From Hormiphora californensis (lineage: Eukaryota > Animalia > Ctenophora): a stretch of 64,000 nt of DNA. Both the position numbers and the translations under genes were made by a program. The notes under the pieces are model-generated. The model was not told where the DNA came from and searched no databases. It was given only the letters and a program-made list of their open reading frames with translations. Location: assembly GCA_020137815.1 (NCBI GenBank), contig CM035353.1:806001-870000 (forward strand), in the 5' to 3' direction. Each line of letters opens with the position of its first letter. Position 1 is the stretch's first letter. Below, one piece after another: positions 1 through 11,862 of this stretch.

Positions 1-2106
1 CTCCTATGGTCCTCAACCCCCCCCCCCCCATATAACCTACCTAACTCGACTGTCAGGTCTCCTATGGTCCTCAACCCCCCCCCCCCCATATAACCTACCT
101 AACTCGACTGTCAGGTCTCCTATGGTCCTCAACCCCCCCCCCCCCATATAACCTACCTAACTCGACTGTCAGGTCTCCTATGGTCCTCAACCCCCCCCCC
201 CCCATATAACCTACCTAACTCGACTGTCAGGTCTCCTATGGTCCTCAACCCCCCCCCCCCCCATATAACCTACCTAACTCGACTGTCAGGTCTCCTATGG
301 TCCTCAACCCCCCCCCCCCCATATAACCTACCTAACTCGACTGTCAGGTCTCCTATGGTCCTCAACCCCCCCCCCCCCATATAACCTACCTAACTCGACT
401 GTCAGGTCTCCTATGGTCCTCAACCCCCCCCCCCCCATATAACCTACCTAACTCGACTGTCAGGTCTCCTATGGTCCTCAACCCCCCCCCCCCCATATAA
501 CCTACCTAACTCGACTGTCAGGTCTCCTATGGTCCTCAACCCCCCCCCCCCCATATAACCTACCTAACTCGACTGTCAGGTCTCCTATGGTCCTCAACCC
601 CCCCCCCCCCCATATAACCTACCTAACTCGACTGTCAGGTCTCCTATGGTCCTCAACCCCCCCCCCCCCATATAACCTACCTAACTCGACTGTCAGGTCT
701 CCTATGGTCCTCAACCCCCCCCCCCCATATAACCTACCTAACTCGACTGTCAGGTCTCCTATGGTCCTCAACCCCCCCCCCCCATATAACCTACCTAACT
801 CGACTGTCAGGTCTCCTATGGTCCTCAACCCCCCCCCCCCCCATATAACCTACCTAACTCGACTGTCAGGTCTCCTATGGTCCTCAACCCCCCCCCCCCC
901 ATATAACCTACCTAACTCGACTGTCAGGTCTCCTATGGTCCTCAACCCCCCCCCCCCATATAACCTACCTAACTCGACTGTCAGGTCTCCTATGGTCCTC
1001 AACCCCCCCCCCCCCATATAACCTACCTAACTCGACTGTCAGGTCTCCTATGGTCCTCAACCCCCCCCCCCCCATATAACCTACCTAACTCGACTGTCAG
1101 GTCTCCTATGGTCCTCAACCCCCCCCCCCCCATATAACCTACCTAACTCGACTGTCAGGTCTCCTATGGTCCTCAACCCCCCCCCCCCCATATAACCTAC
1201 CTAACTCGACTGTCAGGTCTCCTATGGTCCTCAACCCCCCCCCCCCATATAACCTACCTAACTCGACTGTCAGGTCTCCTATGGTCCTCAACCCCCCCCC
1301 CCCATATAACCTACCTAACTCGACTGTCAGGTCTCCTATGGTCCTCAACCCCCCCCCCCCCATATAACCTACCTAACTCGACTGTCAGGTCTCCTATGGT
1401 CCTCAACCCCCCCCCCCCCATATAACCTACCTAACTCGACTGTCAGGTCTCCTATGGTCCTCAACCCCCCCCCCCCCATATAACCTACCTAACTCGACTG
1501 TCAGGTCTCCTATGGTCCTCAACCCCCCCCCCCCCCCCATATAACCTACCTAACTCGACTGTCAGGTCTCCTATGGTCCTCAACCCCCCCCCCCCCATAT
1601 AACCTACCTAACTCGACTGTCAGGTCTCCTATGGTCCTCAACCCCCCCCCCCATATAACCTACCTAACTCGACTGTCAGGTCTCCTATGGTCCTCAACCC
1701 CCCCCCCCCCCATATAACCTACCTAACTCGACTGTCAGGTCTCCTATGGTCCTCAACCCCCCCCCCCCCCCCCCCCCATATAACCTACCTAACTCGACTG
1801 TCAGGTCTCCTATGGTCCTCAACCCCCCCCCCCCCATATAACCTACCTAACTCGACTGTCAGGTCTCCTATGGTCCTCAACCCCCCCCCCCCCCCATATA
1901 ACCTACCTAACTCGACTGTCAGGTCTCCTATGGTCCTCAACCCCCCCCCCCCCCCCCCCATATAACCTACCTAACTCGACTGTCAGGTCTCCTATGGTCC
2001 TCAACCCCCCCCCCCCCCCATATAACCTACCTAACTCGACTGTCAGGTCTCCTATGGTCCTCAACCCCCCCCCCCCCCATATAACCTACCTAACTCGACT
2101 GTCAGG
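1..2106. repeat. ~58-60-bp tandem array (about 36 units, variable poly-C) in the intron of the KIAA0930-like gene; each unit carries a copy of the exon 3' end and its GTAGGT donor on the minus strand
   Basis: Unit ctcctatggtcctcaa(c)n atataacctacctaactcgactgtcaggt, running from the window edge into the exon at 2090-2106. Confidence 0.97.
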
Positions 2107-2541
2107 CCTGCGATGATCTTCGACCCGGAATACCTCCAGAACCTCATCTCCGTCCCCGGCGGGAAGTTGGGGTGTTGGAGAGCGGACATAGAATAGCATG
2201 TCATCCTCACTGCTCCTATCTACCTGTTTTACTATGTACTCCTCAAACAAATCGTACCATAGCACACCACCTGGATAATGATAATACAGGTAAACAACCA
2301 ATCAGAACTCGTTATTTAGGTCACGTGACTGGTTATCAGCCAATCAGGGACCAGTGTTTCCTGATTCGGTCGGTTCCTGATGATAATACAGGGCGGATCA
2401 AATCAATTACTTGCCACATGAAAGGTTGAATTAGTAGAACTGCCAAATAGTAAAATCAAATACATGTGAGGTCCTACCATTTTTGGAGGTAGATTCAGCT
2501 CTGGCCTTTTGGATAATCTGCTTTAGTTTTCTCCATTCCAT
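2090..2541 (-). CDS. KIAA0930: KIAA0930/DUF2045-family protein, first two coding exons (2541-2478, 2270-2090); gene continues off the left edge
   Basis: Spliced translation MEWRKLKQIIQKARAESTSKNG|GVLWYDLFEEYIVKQVDRSSEDDMLFYVRS...EVLEVFRVEDHRRPDSRV. DDMLFYVR and EVF/YR match the KIAA0930 N-terminal motifs as I recall them. GT-AG sites are in phase. Confidence 0.7.
2290..2380 (+). mobile_element. Short hAT-type MITE (CCAATCAG...GTCACGTGAC...TCGGTCGGTTCCTG family)
   Basis: Same sequence recurs at 10722-10802 (reverse), 37148-37243, 41601-41685 and 41819-41858 (partial). Flanked by duplicated atgataatacagg. Confidence 0.8.
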
Positions 2542-2750
2542 TCGTGATTAAAAGCTAAAGCTGTTTTCCAAGAGACATATCTTTACATTTTCTATAACTG
2601 GTAATGAACAGTTAAACTTTTATATTCAGACTGAATAATTCAGTGTCACCCCACCTACGGTATTGGAAGATTGGTTGTGGCAAGCCGGGAGTACTAGTTA
2701 TTAGCGAATGGCTGGGCAAGAGTATAGTCAGACGACATTGAGAACTGCCA

Positions 2751-4540
2751 ATGTTTCGGCTTTCGCCTTTGAACTTGAAAATACCGAAATATTCTAAACT
2801 TATGGTTTCAACAATGTCTGACTCTCCTCAAACCAAGCACAATAACCGATCCAAGTGCTAAATGCATACATCACCACCACCATTAATCATTTAACAACGA
2901 TAAAAACACAAAATATAGTTCGAAAGAGTTCCCATTTTCTTTGTCACCACTGACCACCGACTTCCGACGGTTCCCCTTCCCTTAGAGTGGGCTCCGACGT
3001 GCTACATGGTGCCAGACGTGTGTATTATGATCGCAAAAGGCAAGCTTCCCCTCGTCCGACCCGAAGTTGGGAGATTCGTCGAAACAGCAACCTTCAGGCT
3101 GTTAAAATATTTTTGATGTGCGGCGGCCTGTTTATTATTATAGTAGGGTCGGTTGTGGGAAGTTGGGTCTGGAATTTTAAATTTGACTTTCTGATATGAA
3201 TCATATAGAGTCCCTAATCATATCATATGATTAGGGACTCTATAAAAAGTCCAAAGTACCATCCCACAGGTCTCTACCACCCCCGGTTCACTAATTAGTC
3301 GTAATTATGTGATTTATGACGTTATCGCCAATTAGCACTAATAATGCCAGTTCCTGGTCACTTAGAGCTTAGATTTTGATACCAGCTGATAGAGGATCAC
3401 TAGATTTTTCCGTTTGGCTGGCGGTTGGCTAGCACCACGTGGGATTAGGGGTTTAGGTCGTCGTGGGAGGTCGACATTGGTCGCGTTCGATCGGGCTCGA
3501 TGAGGTGATCAAAAGCTAGTGGGCCAGACCTTGGCCCCACCCCGTTCTTGGCTTATTGGGCTTTTTCGGTTTCCCGCCAAAATATTTTCCCGCCATATAT
3601 ATGCTTTATTTTTTTGCCCCTGCACTGCCACTGCACATTTTTTTAATTGCTTATAATTAATTGGATAGTTAATTTTGAATATTCCCACTTTTTGTAGACC
3701 TTTCTATATGCTTGAAGAGCATTCCTACAAAGTTTCAAGTCGATATTTATAGCAGAACGGAAAATATTTTCAAATGCTCAGGGGCAATGCTCAGGGGCAC
3801 CATAAAAATGTCCATTTTTTAATTGCTTATAACTCATTGATTACTTAATTTTGAATATTCCCACCTTTTGTAGACCTTTCTATATGCTTGAAGAGCATTC
3901 CTACAAAGTTTCAAGTCGATATTTCAAGCAGATCGGGAGATAATTGCGACTCAGGTGCCCCTGGGCCACTTTTGTTAGTGCGGGGGCAATTTTAAAATTT
4001 TAATTGATTATAATTAATTAATTAAGTAAAAAATCAAAAATCAGACTCCGTGGTGACTCTTAGTTATACCACTAGAACATGCCTACAAAGTTTTAGATCG
4101 ATATGTCAAACAGTGTGGCCACAATTTGAATTTTAAAATTGCCCAGGGGCAGTTTTTTCAAATGCTCGGGGGCAAAATTCAGGGGCACCAGAAATGTCCA
4201 TTTTTGCATGCCTATAACTCATTGATTACTTAATTTTGACTATTCTAACTTTTTGTAGATCATTTTTTATGCTTGAAGAGCATTCCTACAAAGTTTCAAG
4301 TCGATATTTCAAGCAGATCGGGAGATAATTTCGGCTCAGGGGCAATGCCCAGGGGACAGAACACCCCATGCTCAGGGGCACGGTGCAGGGGCTACTTTTT
4401 AATTACCTATAATTAATTAATTAGGCAAAAAATCAAAAATCCGGCCACGTTATGACACGTAGTTATACTACTAGAACACGCCTACAAAATTTCAGGTCGA
4501 TATCTCAAAAAATGTGGCCACAATCGCTGCCTGAAATTTG

Positions 4541-4573
<33 letters not shown>

Positions 4574-5428
4574 GACCTACGTTTGTATATATAGGGCCGG
4601 CTTTTTGGATTTGGTGCAGGGGCAAAATTCTTTTTTTCTTCGTTTTTTCTGTTTTCTTCGGGTCGGAGGTGCCTGCCGGCACCTAAATAACAGGGGGGTG
4701 TGTGTCACCAGGGGCACCAGCACCAGACAATTTCACTTTTCATATTGTTCCTCAGACCTATCTGCCAGAACCAGACAACTTCACTTTTCATATTGTTCCT
4801 CAGACCTATCTGCGAGCACCAGACAATTTCACTTTTCATATTGTTCCTCAGACCTATCTGCCAGCACCAGACAACTTCACTTTTCATATTGTTCCTCAGA
4901 CCTATCTGCCAGCACCAGACAATTTCACTTTTCATATTGTTCCTCAACATATCTGCCAGAACCAGACAACTTCACTTTTCATATTGTTCCTCAGACCTAT
5001 CTGCCAGCACCAGGCAATTTCACTTTTCATATTGTTCCTCAGACCTATCTGCCAGAACCAGACAATTTCACTTTTCATATTGTTCCTCAGACCTATCTGC
5101 CAGAACCAGACAATTTCACTTTTCATATTGTTCCTCAGACCTATCTGTCAGCACCAGACAACTTCACTTTTCATATTGTTCCTCAGACCTATCTGCCAGC
5201 ACCAGACAATTTCACTTTTCATATTGTTCCTCAGACCTATTTGCCAGCACCAGGCAACTTCACTTTTCATATTGTTCCTCAGACTGGTCAGATCTGCCAG
5301 CACCAGGCAACTTCACTTTTCATATTGTTCCCCAGAACTATGATCTGGTCAACGAGAACCTGGAGGAGTATAGTGAGAAAACCCGAGCATTGAACACACG
5401 ACACTTACTCAACACATTGTTTGGGTAA
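2751..5428 (+). CDS. Putative small single-TM protein, possibly mitochondrial; tentative exons 2751-~2854, 2986-~3166, 5337-5428
   Basis: Clear terminal exon after ttgttccccag (NYDLVNENLEEYSEKTRALNTRHLLNTLFG*). Candidate MFRLSPLNLK start and a hydrophobic segment IFLMCGGLFIIIVGSVVG. Upstream donors are weak. Confidence 0.3.
3608..4628. mobile_element. Non-autonomous DNA element with terminal inverted ttttgcccctgcac/gtgcaggggcaaaa and internal ~180-bp direct repeats
   Basis: Blocks such as gcttgaagagcattcctacaaagtttcaagtcgatattt recur at about 3710, 3885 and 4270; inverted ends. Confidence 0.55.
4713..5337. repeat. 48-bp tandem array (about 13 units), each a copy of the polypyrimidine tract and AG acceptor plus a degenerate exon start
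   Basis: Unit ccagcaccagacaatttcacttttcatattgttcctcagacctatctg, ending at the real acceptor ttgttccccag|AACTATGATCTG. Confidence 0.95.
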
Positions 5429-5721
5429 AAAGCAAGATGGCTTGTTTTCCTTGCATTTCCTTTTATTGTTATGATGGTTACGTTGTGAATAACATATTAT
5501 ACTCGTAGTACTATTGAGACGGAACTCTCACAGAAGGCCAACAATCTAAAACTGAACTAACAAAGTAATACAAGATTTAATAAACGATTATTAAATCTTG
5601 TATTATTACTTTGTAATCAGCTCCAGAATCTTGATCCTGTCGGGCGCTTTACCAGAAATCCCTTTACAAGCAAAGATAAAACTGAACTAATATATTTTGT
5701 AGATCTGAATATATCCACAAT

Positions 5722-8293
5722 ATGCTTCGATATGTTCTCTTTATTCTCTGCTTAGAGGTAAGTTGACATGAGTGATGGGAACCCAAATGGGTATTATCAC
5801 ACTGTAAAAGAACCAATAAGATTTCCTTGTTAAAATGTACGTAGCTGAAGACGTGAAACATAGTGTTCTCGAAAGCTTCTGTCAATTTTAATTGATTTAT
5901 TACCATTTGATAATCGTTGTTTATCTTTTTTACCCGTAACTTCTTTCAGGGTGTTCACTGTGGAGGAACATTTAAAATCCGATATAACCGGTTTGAGTTC
6001 AACAGCTGCAACGATGGATCTGATGGTGAATGTGATTTGGCGTTCGATAACTTCAAAATGACGGTGGATGAAGTAGTGGTAACGGATGAGGCAAGGGTGT
6101 TGCTCCCTGATAATGATAATAATGTAGATCTAACTAGTGTGAGCTTCTTTAGTGAAACATCTAGTTACCATTTTAAATCGGATGGAGTGTTTTTCATTTC
6201 TGCAGATATTACTGAGCGAAATGAAGGGGGCACTGACACTTCCTATGGATCAATAGCATTCGGCGGGCATTTTCATACCAAAGAATGTCAACGATGGTTG
6301 GTATATTAGAAGCCACAATAATGATAATGATTGGAAGATTTACTTTGATTTCCGGATCAGTGCCTGTGATATCCAATTCACAGGAGACGGCTGTGCAGAC
6401 TGCGGAGATCTTTGGACTGGTACCAACTGTGAAGAATGTAAAAATGCAAATCGAGAAACACCAAACTGTGATTCATGTATCCAAGGTTGGACAGGAGACA
6501 ACTGTGACTCCTGTGCTCTTGGCTGGGAGGGAGCTGCTTGTGACTCCTGTGCTCTTGGTTGGACGGGAAACAACTGCAACACCTGTGCTCTTGGCTGGGA
6601 GGGAGACAACTGTGACTCCTGTGCTCTTGGCTGGGTGGGAGACAACTGCAACACCTGTGCTCTTGGTTGGACGGGAGACAACTGCGACTCCTGTGCTCTT
6701 GGCTGGACAGGAGACAACTGCAACACCTGTGCTCTTGGCTGGGCGGGAGACAACTGTGACTCCTGTGCTCTTGGCTGGGCGGGAGGCAACTGTGACACCT
6801 GTGCACAAGGCTGGGAGGGAGACAACTGTAACTCCTGTGCTCTTGGCTGGGTGGGAGACAACTGTGACACCTGTGCTCTTGGCTGGACGGGAACCAACTG
6901 TGACTCCTGTGCACAAGGCTGGACGGGAACCAACTGCAACACCTGTGCTCTTAGCTGGACTGGAACCAACTGTGACACCTGTGCTCTTGGCTGGGCGGGA
7001 GACAACTGTGACTCCTGTGCTCTTGGCTGGGCAGGAAACAACTGCAGCTCCTGTGCACAAGGTTGGACAGGAAACAACTGTGACACCTGTGCCTCAAACT
7101 TCTTCCCAATGGGGCACTGTTCAGTAGAATGCATCGAAGAAGTTGGTCGTTCTTCCTGTGATCAAAGTGGTACTCTGAATTGCGAACCTCAATTCACAGG
7201 CGTCAACTGTAGTTCTTGCAGGGATAACTACTTTGGTAGCGAGTGTGACACCTTCTGTGCCCCTACTAACACTTCCAACTGTTCGGAAAGTGGAGAACTC
7301 ATCTGCCATGACAATTGGTACGGTCCAGACTGTAACAAGTTTTGTATCTCTAACGAGAACTTCACCTGTGACGAACACGGTGAGATGACCTGTGCATACG
7401 AGAGCAAGTACTATGGCTGCACGTGTATTCTCCAACAACAGGAGACAGTAACAAACAAGGAGAATCAGAAAACCGTCATCACAATAGTTACTTCCTCCGT
7501 TGTCACGACAACCATCATTTTAGTGATTCTTGGGGTCGCGGTGCTTATCAGGAAGACTTCACCATTCTTCAAGGTGGTGGTAGAAGAAGAAGGTGAACAG
7601 GTGGATAATTTCACGATAGAATCTCCCGTGTTCATCGGCCAGAGTGATGATATTGGTTTAACAGACCCGGAAGACCCATATATGGTCATGGAGAATCGGG
7701 GTCTGTCTGGGTCTACCCTGGAGCAAGCACTCGGCGTCTTTGGATCTACCCAGACTAAGGAAAAAGCCAAACGGAGTGAGAATCCTTACCCCGACATGAT
7801 ACATGGTGATTTTGCTAAAGAAAATATAGAGCCTGAATACGCAGAGCCAGACCTTATCAGAGACCCGGAACCACTCTACGCTGAGCCAGATCTCATCAGA
7901 GACCCGGAACCCCTCTACACTGAGCCAGATCCCATCAAAGAGGTTCATGATGTATCCTACAGTACTTTACCGAATGCACAAAACAAGGGCGGACCTGGGA
8001 AAGATGTGGTTATAGAGCCAATATACACGGATTCAGTAGATAGAGCAGATCCTGCGAAAGGTTTAGAGCCACTCTACTCTGAGCCAGACCTCATCAAAGA
8101 CCCGGAACCACTCTACGCAGAGCCAGACCTCATCAAAGACCCGGAACCCATATACGCTGATAACGAGATTATGGGGGATGCTGCTGATATTTACGCTAAA
8201 GTCCAGTTCCATGGAGATAGAGAGAAAATTCGAAAAAGTGGAAATCATTCACTTGAAAGAAGAGATACAATCTATGCGAAAATACTGAACTGA
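5722..8293 (+). CDS. DSL/EGF-like Cys-repeat type-I receptor, copy 1 (exons 5722-5757, 5950-8293); +1 frameshift near 6281-6286, so a possible pseudogene, null allele or assembly error
   Basis: Signal exon MLRYVLFILCLE|GVHCGG. N-terminal domain nearly identical to copy 2. About 19 x 33-bp CDxCALGWxGxN repeats, DSL-like CRDNYFGSECDTFC...GELICHDNWYGPDC, a TM helix, and a tail with EPLYAEP repeats, VSYSTL, EPIYA, DIYAKV and TIYAKI. Reads AAAGAATGTCAAC where copy 2 has AAAGAAGTCAAC. Confidence 0.85.
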
Positions 8294-8595
8294 AACGACA
8301 AGAAGGTTTCTTCTCTGATATTGATTAACGTGTGTATTATGATAGAGTATTTTTAAGGATATAAACCTGCTGTAAAATTATATGCTATTACATTTTGGTC
8401 AAAGTTTTGTATACCCATAGTTTTTACTGAGAGATTATGATAAAACTTTTGGTTCGGCCGGCCAATCGATACTACAACTAACATATCTACCTCTACTAGC
8501 GGTTCAGAATGTTTTGATAACTTGTGTTCCAGTTTGTTATTCAACACCCTATACTCTAACCTTGGAGCCTGATTAATTTCATTGTCTGGGTGATC

Positions 8596-10717
8596 ATGAG
8601 TTCCAATACACTAATCATCCTTCTTCTGATCCCGGTGAGTCAAATTTGATAATTCTTGATAGAAAGTTATTTGAAAAATTAACCCTAATCCTTCCGATTT
8701 ATAACGTACCGCCTCTCAGGCTGTTTACTGTGGAGGAACATTTCAAATCCGGTATAATCGGTTTGAGTTCACCAACTGCAACGATGAATCTGATGGTGAA
8801 TGTGATTTGGCGTTCGATAACTTCAGAATGACTGTGGATGACGTAGTGGAAACGGAAGAGGCGAGGGTGTTGCTCCCTGATAATGATAATAATGTAGATC
8901 TAACTAGTGTGAGCTTCTTTAATGAAACATTAAGTTACCATTTTAAATCGGATGGAGGGTTTTTCATTTCTGCAGATATTACTGAGAGAAATGAAGGGGG
9001 CTCTGACACTTCCTATGGATCAATAGCCTACGGTGGGCATTTTCATAGCAAAGAAGTCAACGATGGTTGGTTTATTAGAAGCCATAGTAATGGTAATGAT
9101 TGGAAAATTTACTTTGATTTCCGGATCAGTGCCTGTGATATACAATTCACAGGAGACGGCTGTGCAGACTGCGGAGATCTTTGGACTGGCACCAACTGTG
9201 AAGAATGCGAAAATACGAATCGAGAAGCACCAAACTGCGATTCATGTATCCAAGGTTGGACAGGAGAAAACTGCAACACCTGTGCTCTTGGCTGGACGGG
9301 AACCAACTGTGACTCCTGTGCACAAGGCTGGGCGGGAGCTGCTTGTGACTCCTGTGCTCTTGGTTGGACGGGAAACAACTTTGACACCTGTGCTCTTGGC
9401 TGGGAGGGAAACAGCTGTGACACCTGTGCTCTTGGCTGGGAGGGAAACAGCTGTGACACCTGTGCTCTTGGCTGGGCGGGAAACGACTGTGACACCTGTG
9501 CTCTTGGCTGGGCAGGAGACAACTGTGACACCTGTGCTCTTGGCTGGGCAGGAGACAACTGTGACACCTGTGCTCTTGGTTGGACGGGAAACAACTGTGA
9601 CACCTGTGCTCTTGGCTGGACAGGAGACAACTGTGACTCCTGCGCTCTTGGCTGGGCGGGAGACAACTGTGACTCCTGTGCACAAGGCTGGGCGGGAGCT
9701 GCTTGTGACTCCTGTGCTCTTGGTTGGACGGGAAACAACTGTGACACCTGTGCTCTTGGCTGGGAGGGAAACAGCTGTGACACCTGTGCTCTTGGCTGGG
9801 ACGGAAACAGCTGTGACACCTGTGCTCTTGGCTGGGCGGGAAACGACTGTGACACCTGTGCTCTTGGCTGGGCGGGAAACGACTGTGACACCTGTGCTCT
9901 TGGCTGGGCAGGAGACAACTGTGACACCTGTGCTCTTGGCTGGGCAGGAGACAACTGTGACACCTGTGCTCTTGGTTGGACGGGAAACAACTGTGACACC
10001 TGTGCTCTTGGCTGGGAGGGAAACAGCTGTGACACCTGTGCTCTTGGATGGACGGGAGACAACTGTGACTCCTGTGCTCTTGGCTGGGCAGGAGACAACT
10101 GTGACTCCTGTGAACAAGGCTGGGCGGGAGACAACTGCGACACCTGTGCTCTTGGCTGGGCGGGAGACAACTGTGACTCCTGTGCCCTTGGCTGGGCGGG
10201 AGACAACTGTGACTCCTGTGCTATTGGCTGGACGGGAGACAACTGTGACTCCTGTGCTATTGGCTGGACGGGAGAATACTGCAATACGTGTGCCCTTGGA
10301 TGGACGGGAGGAGATTGTGGCACCTTCTGTGCCCCTACTAACACTTCCAACTGTTCGGAAACTGGAGAACTCATCTGCCATGACAATTGGTACGGTCCTG
10401 ACTGTAACAAGTTTTGTGTCTCTAACGAGAACTTCACCTGTAACAAACACGGCGATATGACATGTGCAAAGGGTAGCAAATATTGCAAGACCCTCGAACG
10501 TCACGGTTATTTGTATGGTTTGGTTGTTGGATGGGTATTGGCAGTTGTGTTTGGTATTGCTTTGGTACTACTGGGGATAGTGATGCAGAAGAAGATCACT
10601 TTACTGAAGGCCCAAATCCAGGAGCGGGGGGAGTTTCAGATGTCACCAAGATGTGATGAAACAGTTGAATACGTGGATCCCTCTGAGATACCAGAACCTC
10701 TATATGCAGACTTCTGA
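8596..10717 (+). CDS. DSL/EGF-like Cys-repeat type-I receptor, copy 2 (exons 8596-8634, 8720-10717), intact, short tail
   Basis: MSSNTLIILLLIP|AVYCGGTF is in frame with ORF 8807-10717. About 33 x 11-aa repeats, TM LYGLVVGWVLAVVFGIALVLLGIVM, tail VEYVDP/EPLYADF. Confidence 0.9.
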
Positions 10718-10721
10718 ACAG

Positions 10722-10802
10722 CAGGAAATACTGGTCCCTGATAACCAGTCACGTGACCTAAATAACGAGCTCTGATTGGTTGTCGACCCGGTCGGTTCCT
10801 GC
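10722..10802 (-). mobile_element. hAT-type MITE copy immediately after the copy-2 stop codon
   Basis: Reverse copy of the 2290 element, with 8-bp flanks ctgaacag/ctgatcag. Confidence 0.75.
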
Positions 10803-11862
10803 TGATCAGGCTAAGGGAGATGGACAATTGTGAAGGCCGATTGAGAGAGAAAGAGATGCAGAGAAACAGTGATAGGGAGAAAACAGTCCAATATAATAGC
10901 ATTGAGTTAGTAGCTGTATTAGTAGATTTTGATTAAAAAACTTTCCACTGTTTTTCTCAAGTTCTACAACTTCATTAATGATGAAAATTATTCTTTAATT
11001 AATATGTGTATTTAGATGTATGTAGTACTAATAAGTGTTTTTTTTCTTCAAACCAATAAATATTAACTGCTTTTATTTTGTTTTTATCCGAGGATTCCAT
11101 CTAACTGAGGTTGCATGATGGCTGGTCAGTGCAGTCATTCAATAATTTGGCTTCTGCTTTCGGACACCTCATACTGTATGTCGGGGAAAAGTGAAAGCCC
11201 GGTATATCGGGGTTCTGGTAAATCGGGGTTCCGGTAAATCTGGTCCGACTGTAGGTAACATACTATGTGGATAAACTACGGGAATAAATATTAAGAACCT
11301 AAAATAAGCTACCAGTTTCAATGTACAGTAGACTACGTAGTGATAACCTTAACATCAAGGCTCTTTCATCTGTGTCATCTTGTTCCAGTGAACAGTGTAA
11401 CAGCTGCCCATCACAATAACACAATGAATAAATTAATTTTCAGTGCCTCCTTCCTCGGTTCTTCTCATGCTAAGCTCCTCTTAGATCCTCAGGTCACCAG
11501 TTCGGTGTGTACCAAATTAGTGATTGCAATTTTCATCCGGTTACCTCGTAATGCAATTAGACATGATCGCAGTTGACCATTAAATTAGATCCTCATCATG
11601 CCTTCAACAATGGGCAGCTAACATTGGTACATTGCTAAGTTGTTAAGGCAGGGTTATTAGAGTTGGAGGAGGGGGGGGGGGGGAGGAGTTGGGTCAAGAA
11701 CACAAGAATGATTCAAGCTGATAACAAATTCTCGACGGTTATTAATAACAAACAACCACCTTCACGTCAAACTATATCTCATCAAAACACTTCTCTCTCA
11801 CGTGTCCTATATCAACCATCCATTTAAGTCTCCAGTAAGGGTATAATAGATGTGACATATAT

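Noticed and set aside
1-2106. CRISPR-like array or Pro-rich ORFs
   Set aside because: No unique spacers and no cas genes; the ORFs are frame-hopping translations of an intronic satellite.
4452-5393. Long overlapping ORFs in several frames
   Set aside because: By-products of a stop-poor 48-bp repeat.
6285-10504. Alternative-frame and antisense ORFs (TPVLLAG, QPRAQ, PAKSTG repeats)
   Set aside because: Shadows of the 33-bp coding repeat; only the Cys frame connects to the signal, TM and tail.
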